Notes under the pieces: model-generated
What the model was told of the DNA's origin: nothing
Database searches by the model: none
What the model saw: only the letters and a program-made list of their open reading frames with translations
Translations under genes and position numbers: made by a program
Part shown: positions 1 through 12,432 of the stretch, piece after piece
Numbering within the stretch: the first letter of the stretch is position 1
How the letters are laid out: each line of letters begins with the position of its first letter
NCBI GenBank assembly: GCA_030390025.1
Contig: CM059438.1
Span: 60,948,001-61,012,000 of the forward strand
Direction: 5' to 3'
From: Squalus acanthias
Lineage: Eukaryota
DNA: 64,000 bases

Positions 1-107
1 GCCTAGACACAGACAGCACTGGGGCCAGAAATCCAATCCAGCCCAGACTGACACGATGAAAGTCTAATTTCTTAACAGACTAGAAGGGTCCGACAGGAAA
101 CGCACCT

Positions 108-536
108 GGGGCGCCCTCAGCCACCCAGCATCCAGGGCGCCCTCAGCATCTAACCAGCGTCCGGGGCACCCTCAGCATCTAACCAGCGTCCGGGGCACCC
201 TCAGCATCTAACCAGCATCCGGGGCACCCTCAGCATCTAACCAGCATCCGGGGCACCCTCAGCATCTAACCAGCATCCGGGGCACCCTCAGCATCTAACC
301 AGCATCCGGGGCACCCTCAGCATCTAACCAGCATCCGGGGCACCCTCAACATCTAACCAGCATCCGGGGCACCCTCAGCATCTAACCAGCATCCAGGGCA
401 CCCTCAGCATCTAACCAGCATCCGGGGCACCCTCAGCATCTAACCAGCATCCGGGGCACCCTCAGCATCTAACCAGCATCCAGGGCACCCTCAGCATCTA
501 ACCAGCATCCGGGGCACCCTCAGCATCTAACCAGCG
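108..536. repeat. 29-bp minisatellite (CCAGCATCCGGGGCACCCTCAGCATCTAA)n, ~14-15 copies
   Basis: Near-identical tandem units read directly from the sequence. Confidence 0.95.
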
Positions 537-750
537 TGGGCCACCTTCAAGTCCAACTCCTAAACTATTGGCTCTGAAACCACTTGACAATTCCCGAAGG
601 CCTCTGTTGCTGATACGAAATCAGTGCTCCCAGTGCAATCTATACCAGCTCAACTCAACAGGATTCCTTGCCTGTTGAGATGCCAGCGAACATACTCCAG
701 CAGTGCAAGCTTGTGCTGACAGGAAAATTAGCCCAATCTACAAGTAGCTG

Positions 751-1517
751 TGGCCAGGGGATCTCATGCCCATCGCAGGGAATGTGGGGGGCCGGGGGAA
801 CTGGCGCCCGTCGCATGGACTGTGGGGGGGCCGGGGGAACTGGCGCCCGTCGTACGGACTGTGGGGGGGGCCGGGGGAACTGGCGCCTGTCGCACGGACT
901 GTGGGGGGGGCTGGGGGAACTGGCGCCCGTCGCACAGACTGTGGGGGGGCCGGGGGAACTGGCACCTGTCGCACGGTCTGTCGGGGGGGCCGGGGGATCT
1001 CATGCCCGTCGCACGGACTGTGGGGGGGCCGGGGGAACTGGCACCTGTCGCACGGACTGTGGGGAGGCTGGGGGAACTGGCGCCCGTCGCACGGACTGTG
1101 GGGGGCCAGGGGAACTGGCACCCGTCGCACGGACTGTGGGGGGCCGGGGGAACTGGCACCCGTCGCACGGACTGTGGGGGGGCCGGGGGAACTGGAGCCA
1201 GTCGCACGGACTGTGGGGGGGCCGGGGGAACTGGAGCCAGTCGCACGGACTGTGGGGGGGGCTGGGGGAACTGGCGCCCGTCGCACGGACTGTGGGGGGG
1301 CCGGGGGAACTGGGTCGCACGGACTGTGGGGGGGGGGGGAACTGGCGCCCGTCGCACGGACTGTGGGGGGGCGGGGGAACTGGCGGTCGCACGGACTGTG
1401 GGGGGGCCGGGGGAACTGGCACCCGTCGCACGGACTGTGGGGGGGCCGGGGGAACTGGGGCCCGTCGCACGGACTGTGGGGGGGCCGGGGGAACTGGCGC
1501 TTGTTGCACAGGCTGTG
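751..1517. repeat. ~38-40 bp G-rich minisatellite (GGGGGGCCGGGGGAACTGGCGCCCGTCGCACGGACTGT)n, ~19 copies
   Basis: Tandem units with variable G-run length; explains the overlapping repetitive ORFs in all six frames. Confidence 0.95.
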
Positions 1518-2439
1518 TAGCGCTGAGTGGGGGCATGCAGTGGAAATGTCACTGAAGCAGCCCAACCTCAAAGACAAATTGGTGACCAAAGGCTCAACTC
1601 TTGGCACCAAATCCCCTCCCCTCCCCTCGCTGGAGCTGTCCATTCTGCCAACAAGCAGGGGCCAAGTACCAAGGCTGCCTCCTTTCAGCTGGTCTCACGC
1701 AACCCCACAACCTGGATCCCAGCTGAAGGGAGGCTGTGTGATCAGAGAAAAGCTCATGGTCATGTGGATGTAAAGATTGCACAACTCGTCTGTCCCCACC
1801 ATCACAGGCTCACACAAACCGCCTCAACAAGGAGGGCTGGACCACAGACCGGCTCCTTCAAATGCTGCTCCCTGTGAAGAGCTCCACAAGATTAATCCAC
1901 AGCCTCCTCCCTACCCCATCCCACAAGCTAGTTGCTCCTCCCTCCCTCTCCCAGTTGAAGCAGCAAAGTCCCTGTGGGGACTGGAGCACGATGCCATGCA
2001 GTGACTGGGATTCCAACTCCGACGTTCCAGTCAGGAGTGTAGGCAGGTCGCCACTTTGAATCCACCAGCCTCCCCAGAGCGCGCGCCTTAAACTCAGGGT
2101 CTATTACCTTTTAGATTAAGCGTCTGAAGCTGGGCCAAGGTCGCGAGCGAGTTGGGGAGAGATTTCAAATGGTTTTGTTCCACGTTGAGCACCTGAAATA
2201 TTACCAAAAAAAACCCGTCAGTGGAGGGAGAGCACAGCAGGACAAGGAGACAAACAGCAACTCTACAGGCTAAGGGAATTGGGCGAATAACATCACTTGA
2301 GAGGGACGGAGGGCCGGGGCGGTCCTAACTGTTTGATGATCAATAAGAACCCGTTATGTTGTTCCAGATCACAACAGAACAATCCCTTCTCATTATCCAT
2401 CCTAATCGCCAAGATTTAGCGCACCCAATTTAGGCTGCA

Positions 2440-2665
2440 TAGTTGGAGGTGCCGACTTTCAGCCTTATCTGCCTGTTCAGACGGTCAAAGATCCCAAGTT
2501 ATGAGTCGAGAAGGAGCAGGGAGCTCTGCTGGTCTCCGACTGAACATTTCTCCCTCAATCAACACTGCTGACGAAACCTAGAGTACCATCATACATTTGC
2601 TGCAACTTTACTGTGCACAAGGTGGCTGCCACGTTTGTCCACATACAGTTGGTGCACTTCAAAGT
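2440..2665 (+). mobile_element. Degenerate Deu-domain (SacSINE1-like) SINE fragment
   Basis: GGAGGTGCCGACTTTC...AAAGATCCCA...CCCTCAATCAAC...CACTTCAAAGT resembles the better copies at 53998-54425 and 23637-24080. Confidence 0.55.
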
Positions 2666-3029
2666 CATTCGCTAGCTGAGCTTAGTGGGGCGGGGCGGGG
2701 CGGGGGGGCACCAGTAACGGTGCTACAGTTGGCCTCAGTGTCATTGGGTTGGGGGGGGGGGGGGGGGGATATGGGGATATGGGATGTGGGGAGAAAGATA
2801 GACAGGTCTCCAGTTGTTATCCAGTGACTTATGTTGGAACGTGCACGTGTCAGGAAAGGACAGGACATGGGTACGCAGTCATTCCTCCACAGTCAAATAG
2901 TGTGCCACCATTCACTGCCTGGACTCAAGACATGAAGAATTAGTCAGCACCTCCCAGAGGGAAGATCAGAGGAAAAAAAGTGTACCTCGGTTAAATTGGC
3001 AAAACAAAGAGAAAGGAAGGGTTTTGGGG

Positions 3030-3530
3030 AGACATTGGCAGCCGTGCCTTCAGCAGTCTAGGCCCCAAGCTCTGGAATTCCCTCTCTAGGCCTCTCCGAC
3101 TGTCTATCTCTCTCTCCTCCTTTAAGACCCACCTTAAAACCCTGACCAAGCTTTTATATGTGAGAAGTCGCACAACACCAGGTTATAGTCCAACAGCTTT
3201 ATTTGAAATCACAAGCTTTCGGAGCGCTGCTCCTTCGTCAAGTGAAGTCGAAGTAGCAGCGCTCCAAAAGCTTGTGATTTCAAATAAAGCTGTTGGACTA
3301 TAACCTGGTGTTGTGCAACTTCTCACTTTTGTCCACCCCAGTCCAACACCGGCATCTCCGCATCAAAGCTTTTATATAGCACCTTTAACGTGGGAAAACA
3401 TCCCAAAGGTCACCCCTGCTAATGTCTCTTCCTTGGGCTTGGTATCAATTTTTGTCTGATTACGCTCCTGTGAAGCTCCTTGGGACAGTGTCCTACATTA
3501 AATGCGCCATATAAATGCAAGTTGTTGTTG
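3030..3530 (+). mobile_element. L2-clade LINE 3' remnants, interrupted by a Penelope-derived hairpin
   Basis: GCCTTCAGCAGTCTAGGCCCCAAGCTCTGGAATTCCCTC...ATATAAATGCAAGTTGTTGTTG matches the other L2 tails in the window. Confidence 0.75.
3160..3365. mobile_element. Penelope-derived short inverted-repeat insertion with 12-bp TSD
   Basis: ~75-bp inverted arms matching the terminus of the Penelope element ending at 27220; flanked by AAGCTTTTATAT at 3148-3159 and 3366-3377. Confidence 0.85.
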
Positions 3531-3881
3531 GCACGCCTCACCAAACCAGTGCCTGTAACAACTCGCAGCTCAGTCCCACTCGAAAGCGTCTGCAGCAAAC
3601 CGTGGCCTCCATCGACTCCCCTCCAATAGAGGGACTTCATCATGTTTAACTGAGGAACCTGCCAGAAGCATCTACAGAAAAGGGAAGACAAGGCAGGTGG
3701 AAGAGGGGGCGGGGGGTGGGGGGGAAACTGGGATCAAAACTGAGCAGGCGGGTCAGAATGGTGAATTGTAACAGACACGGGCAAATGTAAAACTCAGAAC
3801 ATCCGTCCTGCCCACTGCAGGAGGAGGCAGACAGATTTGCATGGGCGGGGGTGGGGAAAAAATAAATAAAAATCTAACAAT

Positions 3882-6675
3882 GGGCTGCCTTTAAAGAGGA
3901 GATGGCTCGGGTACAGTTGAGGTACATTCCCATGAGGGGGAAAGGTAGGGCAACCAATGTCAGAGCTCCCTGGATGACGAAAGAGATAGAGAGTAAGATG
4001 AAGCAGAAAAAGGGGGCGTAAGATAGATGTCAGGTTGAGAATGCAAATCAGAAGCAGGCTGAATATAGAAAGCTCAGAGGGAAAGTGAAAAAGGAAATAA
4101 GAGGGGCAAAGAGAGGGTATCAGAATAGACTGGCAGCTAACATAAAAGGGAATCCAAAAGTCTTCTATAGGCATATAAATAGTAAACGGTAGTAAGAGGA
4201 CTGGTGAGGCTGATTAGGGACCAAAATGGAGACCTACGCATGGAGACAGAGGGCCTGACTGAGGTACTAAATGAGTACTTTGCATCTGTCTTTACCAAGG
4301 AAGAAGATGCTGCCAAAGTCATAGTGAAAGTAGAGGTAGTTGAGATACTGGATGGGATAAAAATTGATAAAGAGGAGATACTAGAAAGGTTGGCTGTACT
4401 TAAAGTAGATAAGTCACCAGGACCGGATGGGATGCATCCTCGGATGCTGAGGGAGGTAAGGGTGGAAATTGCAGAGGTGCTGGCCATAATCTTCCAATCC
4501 TCCTTAGATACGGGGGTGGTGCCAGAGGACTGGGAATTGCAAATGTTACACCCTTGTTCAAAAAAAGGGTGCAAGGATAAACCCAGCAACTGCAGGCCAG
4601 TCAGTTTAACCTTGGTAGTGGGGAAGCTTTTAGAAACTGTTAATTTTGTCCCTGATTACTGTCACTTGGACAAGTGTGGATTAATTCAGGATAGCCAGCA
4701 CAGATTTGTCAAAGGCAAATTGTGTTGAACTAACTTGATTGAGTTTTTTGATGAGGTAACAGAGAGGGTTGATGAGGGCAATGCGATTGATGTGGTGTAC
4801 ATGGACTTCCAAAAGGCGTTTGATAAAGTGCCACATAATAGGCTTGCCAGCAAAGTTGAAGCCCATGGAATAAAAGGGACAGTGGCAGCATGGATAGGAA
4901 ATTGGCTAAGTGACAGGAAACAGAGAGTAGTGGTGAACGGTTCTTTTTCAGACTGGAGGAAGGTATATAGTGGTGTTTCCCAGGGGTCAGTACAAGGACC
5001 ACTGCTTTTCTTGATATATATTAATGACTTGGACTTGGGTGTACAAGGCACGATTTCAAAATTTGCAGATGACACAAAACTTGGAAGTATAGTGAACAGC
5101 GAGGAGAATAGTGATAGACTTCAAGAGGCTGGTGGAATGAGCGGACACGTGGCAAATGAAATTTAACGCAGAAAAGTGTGAAGTGATACATTTTGGTAGG
5201 AAGAAAGAGGAGAGGCAATATAAACTAAAGGGTACAATCCTAAAGGGGGTGCATGAACAGAGAGATTTGGGGGTATGTGTGCACCAATCGTTGAAGATGG
5301 CAGGGCAGGTTGAGAAAGCGGTTAAAAAAGCATACGGGATCCTGGGCTTCATAAATAGAGGTATAGAGTACAAAAGTGTGGAAATTATGATGAACCTGTA
5401 TAAAACAACAACTTGTATTTATATAGCGCCTTTAACGTAGTAAAATGTCCCAAGGCGTTTCACAGGAGTAGAAGGCAAAAAATTTGACACCAAGCCACAT
5501 AAGGAGAAATTAGGGCAGAGAGGTTGGTTTTAAGGAGTGTCTTAAAAGGAGGAAAGAGAGGTAGAGAGGCAGAGAGGTTTAGGCAGGGAATTCTAGAGCT
5601 TAGGGCCTAGGCAACAGAAGGCATGGCCACCAATGGTTGAGCAATTATAATCAGGGATGCTCAAGAGGGCAGAATTAGAGGAGCGCAGATATCTCGGGGG
5701 GGGGGGGGGGTGGTTTGTGGGGCCGGAGGAGATTACAGAGATAGAGAGGGGCGAGGCCATGGGGGGTTTTGAAAACAAGGATGAGAAATTTGAAATCGAG
5801 GCGTTCTTTAACCGGGAGTCAATGTAGGTCAGCAAGCACAGGGGTGATGGGTGAACGGGACTTGGCGCGAGTTAGGACACAGACAGCCGAGTTTTGGATG
5901 ACCTCAAGTTTACGTAGGGTGGAATGTGGGAGGCCAGCCAGGAGTGCGCTGGAATAGTCAAGTCTAGAGGTAACAAAGGCATGGATTAGGGTTTCAGCAG
6001 CGGATGAGCTGAGGCAATGGCGGAGACGGGCAATGTTACGAAGGTGGAAATAGGCGGACTTAGTTACGCCACAGATATCTGGTCGGAAGCTCATTTCAGG
6101 GTCAAATATGACACTGGTTCGGCCTCAACTGGAGTATTGTGTCCAATTCTGGGCACCGCATTTTAGGAAGGATGTGAAGGCCTTAGAGAGGGTGCAGAAA
6201 AGATTTACAAGAATGGTTCCAGAGATGAGGGACTACAGTTACGTGGATAGACTGGAGAAGCTGGGGTTGTTCTCCTTAGAGCAAGAAGGTTGAGAGGAGA
6301 TTTGATAGAGGTATTCAAAATCATGAGGGGTCTAGACAGAGTAGATAGAGAGAAACTGTTCCCATTGGGGGAAGGGTCGAGAACCAGAGGACACAGATTT
6401 AAGGTGATTGGCAGAAGATCCAAAGACGACATGAGGAAAAACTTTTTTACACAGCGAGTGGTTATGATCAGGAATGCATTGCCTGAGAGGGTGGTGGAAG
6501 CAGATTCAATCGTGGCTTTCAAAAGGGAATTGGATAAGTATCTGAAGGAATTGTTTTTTGCAGGGCTACAGGCAAAGGGCGGGGGATTGGGACTAGCTGA
6601 AGTGCTCTTGCAGAGAGCCGGCATGAGCCCGACAGGCCGAATGGCCTCCTTCTGTGCTGTAACCATTCTATGATT
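3882..6675 (+). mobile_element. 5'-truncated CR1 LINE (RT pseudogene), split by an L2 insertion
   Basis: ORFs with [33 protein letters not shown] and RPQLEYCVQFW; CR1 tail CCATTCTATGAT; frameshifts and stops. Confidence 0.95.
5407..6110 (-). mobile_element. L2-clade LINE 3' fragment nested in CR1
   Basis: ORF AETLIHAFVTSRLDYSSALLAGLP; (TTG)n tail; removing it rejoins the CR1 sequence CTGTATAAAAC|ACTGGTTCGG. Confidence 0.9.
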
Positions 6676-7049
6676 GAAGCAACCCCCTTGCACCAATTTG
6701 TGATGAACACCTGGACGGTGGTTGCCATTAACTTAAAGGGCTCTCACTCCTGGTAGAATTCGCAAGAACTTGTTTTTTTTACCTGAAGGGCCAAGAGTTG
6801 ACCCATATCTTCGGGGAGCGAGGTGAGGCGGTTGCCTTGGAGATCCAGAATCTAAAACGAAGAAACAGACAGTAACAATTTCCACAAACACCGTCCAATT
6901 GAAATCAATGCCGAACACAACACAGCCACACACTGTCCCATGGTCCATTGAACATTGACGCTCTCCCCCATTCCCCTGGCACTCTCAGTGAGTCACTCCA
7001 CCTGCTAAAGCTGGTAAAAGAATGACAATCGTTAACAGGCTACATTTTT

Positions 7050-7315
7050 GGTCTTGGGATGTGGGCATTGCTTGTAAGGCTGGCATTTATTGCCCATCCC
7101 TAGCTGCCCTTGGTGGTGAGCCGCCTTCTCCTTTAACAGCTGCAGTCCGTGTGACGAAGGTACTCCCACGGTGCTGATAGGTAGGGAGTGCCAGGATTTT
7201 GACCCAGCACCGATGAAGGAACGATGATATATTTCCAAGTCAGGAGGGTATGTGACTTGGAAATAACTTGGAGGTGGTGTTCCCACAACATTGCTGCGGT
7301 TGCTCTTCTTGATGG
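7050..7315 (-). mobile_element. 3' end of a CR1/L2-group LINE (same family as 54430-55595)
   Basis: GGCATTTATTGCCCATCCCTAGCTGCCCTTG...GAAGGTACTCCCAC is shared with 28020-28310 and is the reverse complement of 54900-55595. Confidence 0.7.
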
Positions 7316-7508
7316 CAATGTTGCATGGGAGGTGTGAAATAAAGATAAATATAATGGGCGAATACAGAGAATATTGTAGAGTGACCACCACAGAATGACC
7401 CATCTGTGAAACACTCACTTACACTTTATGCAGTCAATAGAACAGATTCAAAACTCCACAACATGTAGTTTTAATGGGAACGGAGGGGAGAGAGGTGGGG
7501 GGGGGGGG

Positions 7509-8008
7509 NNNNNNNNNNNNNNNNNNNNNNNNNNNNNNNNNNNNNNNNNNNNNNNNNNNNNNNNNNNNNNNNNNNNNNNNNNNNNNNNNNNNNNNNNNNN
7601 NNNNNNNNNNNNNNNNNNNNNNNNNNNNNNNNNNNNNNNNNNNNNNNNNNNNNNNNNNNNNNNNNNNNNNNNNNNNNNNNNNNNNNNNNNNNNNNNNNNN
7701 NNNNNNNNNNNNNNNNNNNNNNNNNNNNNNNNNNNNNNNNNNNNNNNNNNNNNNNNNNNNNNNNNNNNNNNNNNNNNNNNNNNNNNNNNNNNNNNNNNNN
7801 NNNNNNNNNNNNNNNNNNNNNNNNNNNNNNNNNNNNNNNNNNNNNNNNNNNNNNNNNNNNNNNNNNNNNNNNNNNNNNNNNNNNNNNNNNNNNNNNNNNN
7901 NNNNNNNNNNNNNNNNNNNNNNNNNNNNNNNNNNNNNNNNNNNNNNNNNNNNNNNNNNNNNNNNNNNNNNNNNNNNNNNNNNNNNNNNNNNNNNNNNNNN
8001 NNNNNNNN
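7509..8008. other. Assembly gap (500 N)
   Basis: Run of N, flanked by a G-run on the left and a C-run on the right. Confidence 1.
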
Positions 8009-8029
8009 CCCCCCCACACACAGGCCCAC

Positions 8030-8390
8030 CGATAGTGCTTTGCAGCCAATGAAGCACTTTTTGAAGTGTTGTCACTGTTGTAATGTATGAAACACAGCAG
8101 CCAATTTGTGCACAGCAAGCAGCAATGACACAATGACCAGATAATCTGCTTTTAGGACACCGGGGAGAGCTCCCGTGCTCATCTTCGAAATAGTGCCATG
8201 GGATCTTTTACATCCATCTGAGAGGGCAGACGGGGCCTCGGTTTAAGATCACATTGGAAATATGGCACTTCCGACAGTGCAGCCCTCCCTCTGAGTGTCA
8301 GTTTAGATTTTTATGCTCACGTGTTATGTTCGAACCCACAACCTTCTAACTCAGAGGTGCAAGTGCTGCCACTGAGCCAAGGGTGGCACC
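8030..8390 (-). mobile_element. tRNA-headed Deu-domain SINE (SacSINE1-like)
   Basis: Deu-type core GGGATCTTTTACATCCATCTGAGAGGGCAGACGGGGCCTCGGTTTAA plus tRNA-like head (GTTCGAACCC...ACTGAGCCA). Confidence 0.8.
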
Positions 8391-8951
8391 TCATGAGGAT
8401 TGCTTCATACCTTGGAATTGCCATAGTTTGGGATTAACTGCTCCCCTTAATAAAGGAATCACGAACAACGAGGACATGACTTAAAATTAAAATTAAGCCG
8501 GTTAAAAGCAAATCCCGAAAAAAATATCTTCATGTTCAGCATTGTGAAAATGTGGAATTCACTGCCCCAGAAAGCAAAGGTGCAGAATCAATTTAGGTTC
8601 TTAAAAGGGGAGATGAATACCTGGGAAGTAAGGGTGTTAAGGTATATGGAGAAACTGGGATTAAAAAGATAAGGTGCTTTTCTAGGCCAACAAAATGTCA
8701 GAGCAGGCCTTCTCTTGTTACTTTGTTGCTTCTGCACAAAAACCATTCAGTAAGCACCAACAAGGTTTATGTTTGTTGGGATTCTACAATCTGGAAGGAC
8801 AGGCTGGAAGAGATTAATTCAGGTAAACTTGCTCCTGTAGCTTTGAGACCGTTAATAATGCATTTCCACCTTGGTCAAGCTTGTAATGTTTAGATCCAGA
8901 CTGCAGGTGACCCCTGGTGTAAAGTGGTCACTGGGTGAGAACAGTCTCACA

Positions 8952-9670
8952 GGGCTGGATTTTCTCAATGGAGACGTGTTGGAGGCGGGACTGCTGCTTG
9001 CCTGGTTTCAGTCCCGCCTCCATCCGCCTCTGGCCAACCAGCGGGATCTTCCCCTGATTGACCTTGTTAAGCCCGCCCGGCGGGCTCAGCAGGCCAATTA
9101 GGGGGAAGTCAGTGACAGAGCACGTCAACGTATGACGTGTCATCTGTCAAGAATTTTTGAAAGAAAAAATGTCATCATTTGACAGCTCTGTGAAGCTGTC
9201 AAACACTGACATTCTATGTAGTTTGATGATTCCTTATGTTCAGGACTCATCAAACCTTCTACTTTGTAGAAATCAGATGACTGTTGGATCGGAGGTTCCA
9301 ACAGCCAGTCTGTGATCTCTACAATGGAGATGTCGGGACTTCGGCTCCACAGCAGCTGAAGGCTGGAGGTAGAAACAAAGGTAAGTGAACATTTTCTAAC
9401 ACTTTACACTCACCTCACATACTTACCACTCCACACTTGCAGCCATTACTCACCTCTACATCACACTTTCAGACCCCTCCGACCCCCGCAGACCTCCTAC
9501 TTGGCTCCTACACCCTGGAGGGGTTCCCCGAGGTCGGGAAGCCCGCACTTGGGAGCGAAAAATGGGGATAATCCTATTTTCTGCCTGTTAACTACCTGTT
9601 ATCAAGCAGTTAATAGGCTTTAATTCCTTTCCCGCCTCGAGGAGACGGGACCCGGGGCAGGACGGCTTCC
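8952..9670 (+). mobile_element. Putative non-autonomous PIF/Harbinger-type element remnant
   Basis: Starts GGGCTGGATTTTC; internal TTTGACAGCT/AGCTGTCAAA hairpin and AAGGTAAGT motif as in the other MITEs; right TIR and TSD unclear. Confidence 0.45.
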
Positions 9671-10530
9671 TGCCTCCTGGCAAGAGGCAGCGTAGTAGGC
9701 GCAGGCAGGTAGTGCAGGGGTCCCCTGTGGCCATTCCCCTTTCAAACAGATATACCACTTTGGATATTGTTGAGGGGGATGGCTTATCGGGGGAAGGTAG
9801 CAGCAGCCAACTTCCTGGCACCATGGGTGGTCCTGCTGCACAGGACGGGAGGAAGAAAAGTGGGAGAGCTATAGTGATAGGGGCTTTTATTGTAAGGGGA
9901 ATAGATAGGCGTTTCTGCGGTCGCAAATGAGACTCTAGGATGGTAGTTGCCTCCCTGGTGCAAGGGCCAAGGATGTCTCGGAGCAGCTGCAGGGCATTCT
10001 GGAGGGGGAGGGTGAACAGCCAGTTGTCGTGGTGCATATAGGTACCAACGATATAGGTAAAAAATGGGATGAGGTCCTAAAAGCTGAATATAGGGAGTTA
10101 GGAGGTAAATTAAAAAATAGGACCTCAAAGGTAGTAATCTCAGGATTGCTACCAGTGCCACATGCTAGTCAGAGTAGAAATAGAAGGATATTTCAGATGA
10201 ATACGTGGCTAGAGGAATGGTGCAAGGGGGAGGGATTCAAATGCCTGGGACATTGGAACCGGTTCTGGGGGAGGTGGGACCAGTATAAACTGAACAGTCT
10301 GCACCTGGGTGAGACCGGAAGCGATGTCCTAGGGGGAGTGCTTGCTAGTGCTGTTGGGGAGGGTTTAAACTAAAATGGCAGGGGGTTGGGAACCTGTGCA
10401 GGGAGACAGAGCAAAGGGAAGCGAGGATTGAAACAAAAGACAGGAAGGAGAAAAGCAAAAGTGGAAGGCAGAGAAATCAAGGGTATAAATCAAACAGGGC
10501 CACAGTAAATAATAATTCTAAAAGGACTAA

Positions 10531-11131
10531 GGGGTAGAAATTAGGTCGCGCCCCATTTGGGGCGCAAATATCGTCTGGACGCAAATATTAGCGCCTGGCG
10601 CTAATTATCGGCACTGACTGGAAACTTCACTTTTACCGCCCCGGGAGGTGAGTGGAGCGCTAAAGCAGGCGCTGCACACCTGTCTTAAGGCGCAAAGGCC
10701 AAGGAGTGAGGCGCTACCTCAGAGCGCTGGCGAAGCTCATGTAATGTCAGTCAGCAATGGAACACACACACAATGGCACGGGCCAGTTCTTAAAGGGGAT
10801 GGTTAATCTTGCTTTCCATCCACATCCTGTTCATTGCAGCCTTGAATCTCGGCCTGGAGAGACTTGCACATCAAATGTGCTGGAAAGAACAATGGAGAGT
10901 ACCAGGCAAAGAGCTCAGAGTGCAGCTCCCACAGTCTCTGCTAAATCGATACAAGGAATGGCAAATCAAAATGAACCTGCAAAGTGCTGCTCAGTACTCA
11001 AAACTCCTTCACACAACGTTGAATCTCTCCAGAAGTCTCTCCCTCTCTCTCTCAGAATGCGTAGTTCAAAAATGCCACCAACAATAAAAGGGAGGAAGAG
11101 GCCCCCTTTAAATAGCACCCCCCCCAGCCCC
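10531..11131. mobile_element. Non-autonomous PIF/Harbinger-type DNA element with TAA TSD
   Basis: TAA at 10528-10530 and 11132-11134; ends GGGGTAG...CAGCCCC; removing it restores contiguous CR1 sequence AGGACTAA|GAGTGTTAAA. Confidence 0.8.
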
Positions 11132-11669
11132 TAAGAGTGTTAAAAAATCAAGCCTGAAGGCTTTGTGTCTTAATGTGAGGAGCATTCGTAATAAGGTGGA
11201 TGAATTAGCTGCGCAAAAAGATGTAAACGGATATGATATAATTGGGATTACGGAGACATGGCTCCAGGACGACCAAGTCTGGGAATTCAACATTCAGGGG
11301 TATTCAATATTCAGGAAGGACAGGAAAAAAGGAAAAGGAGGTGGGGTAGCATTACTGGTTAAAGAGGAGATTAACACAATAGTAAGGAAGGATATTAGCT
11401 CTGATGATGTGGAATCTATATGGGCAGAGCTGAGAAATACCAAGGGGCAGAAAACATTAGTGGGAGTTGTATACAGACCCCCAAACAGTAATGCTGAGGT
11501 TGGGGATGGCATTAAATGGGAAATTAGAGACGCGTGCAATAAGGGCACAGCAGTTATCATGGGTGACTTTAATCTACATATAGATTGGGCTAACCAAATT
11601 AATAACAATACTGTGTAGGAGGAATTCCTAGAGTGTATATGGGATGGTTTCCTGGACCAATATGTCGAG

Positions 11670-12432
11670 TGTTGGGGAGAAAATAAGATTCTCAGAGCCT
11701 AGATGAAGTTCAAAAACACACAGTTTATTGACAAAGTACTTTGGGAGCCGGAGTCAAAAAGGTCCCGTGACCTTTGTAACATCCTTCTCGTCTAACCTTT
11801 GTTCAGTACAGCTTATATTCAATATTTCTGGCTACATGCCATCATACATCGATTTTCGTCCAATTATATGGTATTACATTAATCACCTGATTATATTTTG
11901 CCTTTATCTATATTTATTTGGCAATAATCATAAAAGCAGTTACATCTTTGTCATAAATCGCAAGTAACAACTCAGGAAGTACTACTGGGTGGCCAGCTGG
12001 GGCGCCGTCCAGGGAGTATAAATACTCAGGCATGGGCCCACCTTGGGCAGAGACAATCTGGAAACAGGAAGCAAGTGACTGCTAACTAGACCTCCATGTT
12101 TTGTTACAAGTTGATTAAAGCCTTGCTTTATGCTCAAGTGCGTAGTGAGTCTTTATTACGTCAATCTTGTTACACCTTTTTGAGCATAGTCTAATCCCAC
12201 GGTTTACTACTGTATGTTATCTGTGATTGGCACCGTGCCTACGGTCTCTAGCTAACTCTGTAAAAGGCCTCTTTCAATACCGTTTATTAAACACTGAACC
12301 CTCCCTCAAAAATCTGTCTGGCAGCTGTAAGCTTATCTATTCCTTGTCTCAATTTGCAAAACCTTCACTGCTCATGGTTTTATTGCAAATTGTGCAGAAA
12401 TTGAATTTGACCATTCCAAATTAACCCTTTCA
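11670..12432 (-). mobile_element. Solo LTR (763 bp) with 5-bp TSD TCGAG
   Basis: Minus-strand ends TGAAAGGG...CCCCAACA; TCGAG at 11665-11669 and 12433-12437; minus-strand TATAAG near 11815 and AATAAA at 11724-11729; interrupts CR1 ORF2. Confidence 0.85.

Noticed and set aside
668..1773. Overlapping 250-335 aa ORFs in all frames
   Set aside because: Produced by a stop-poor GC-rich tandem repeat; no domain or splice evidence.
7428..8133. Long ORFs with poly-X
   Set aside because: Artefact of the N gap.
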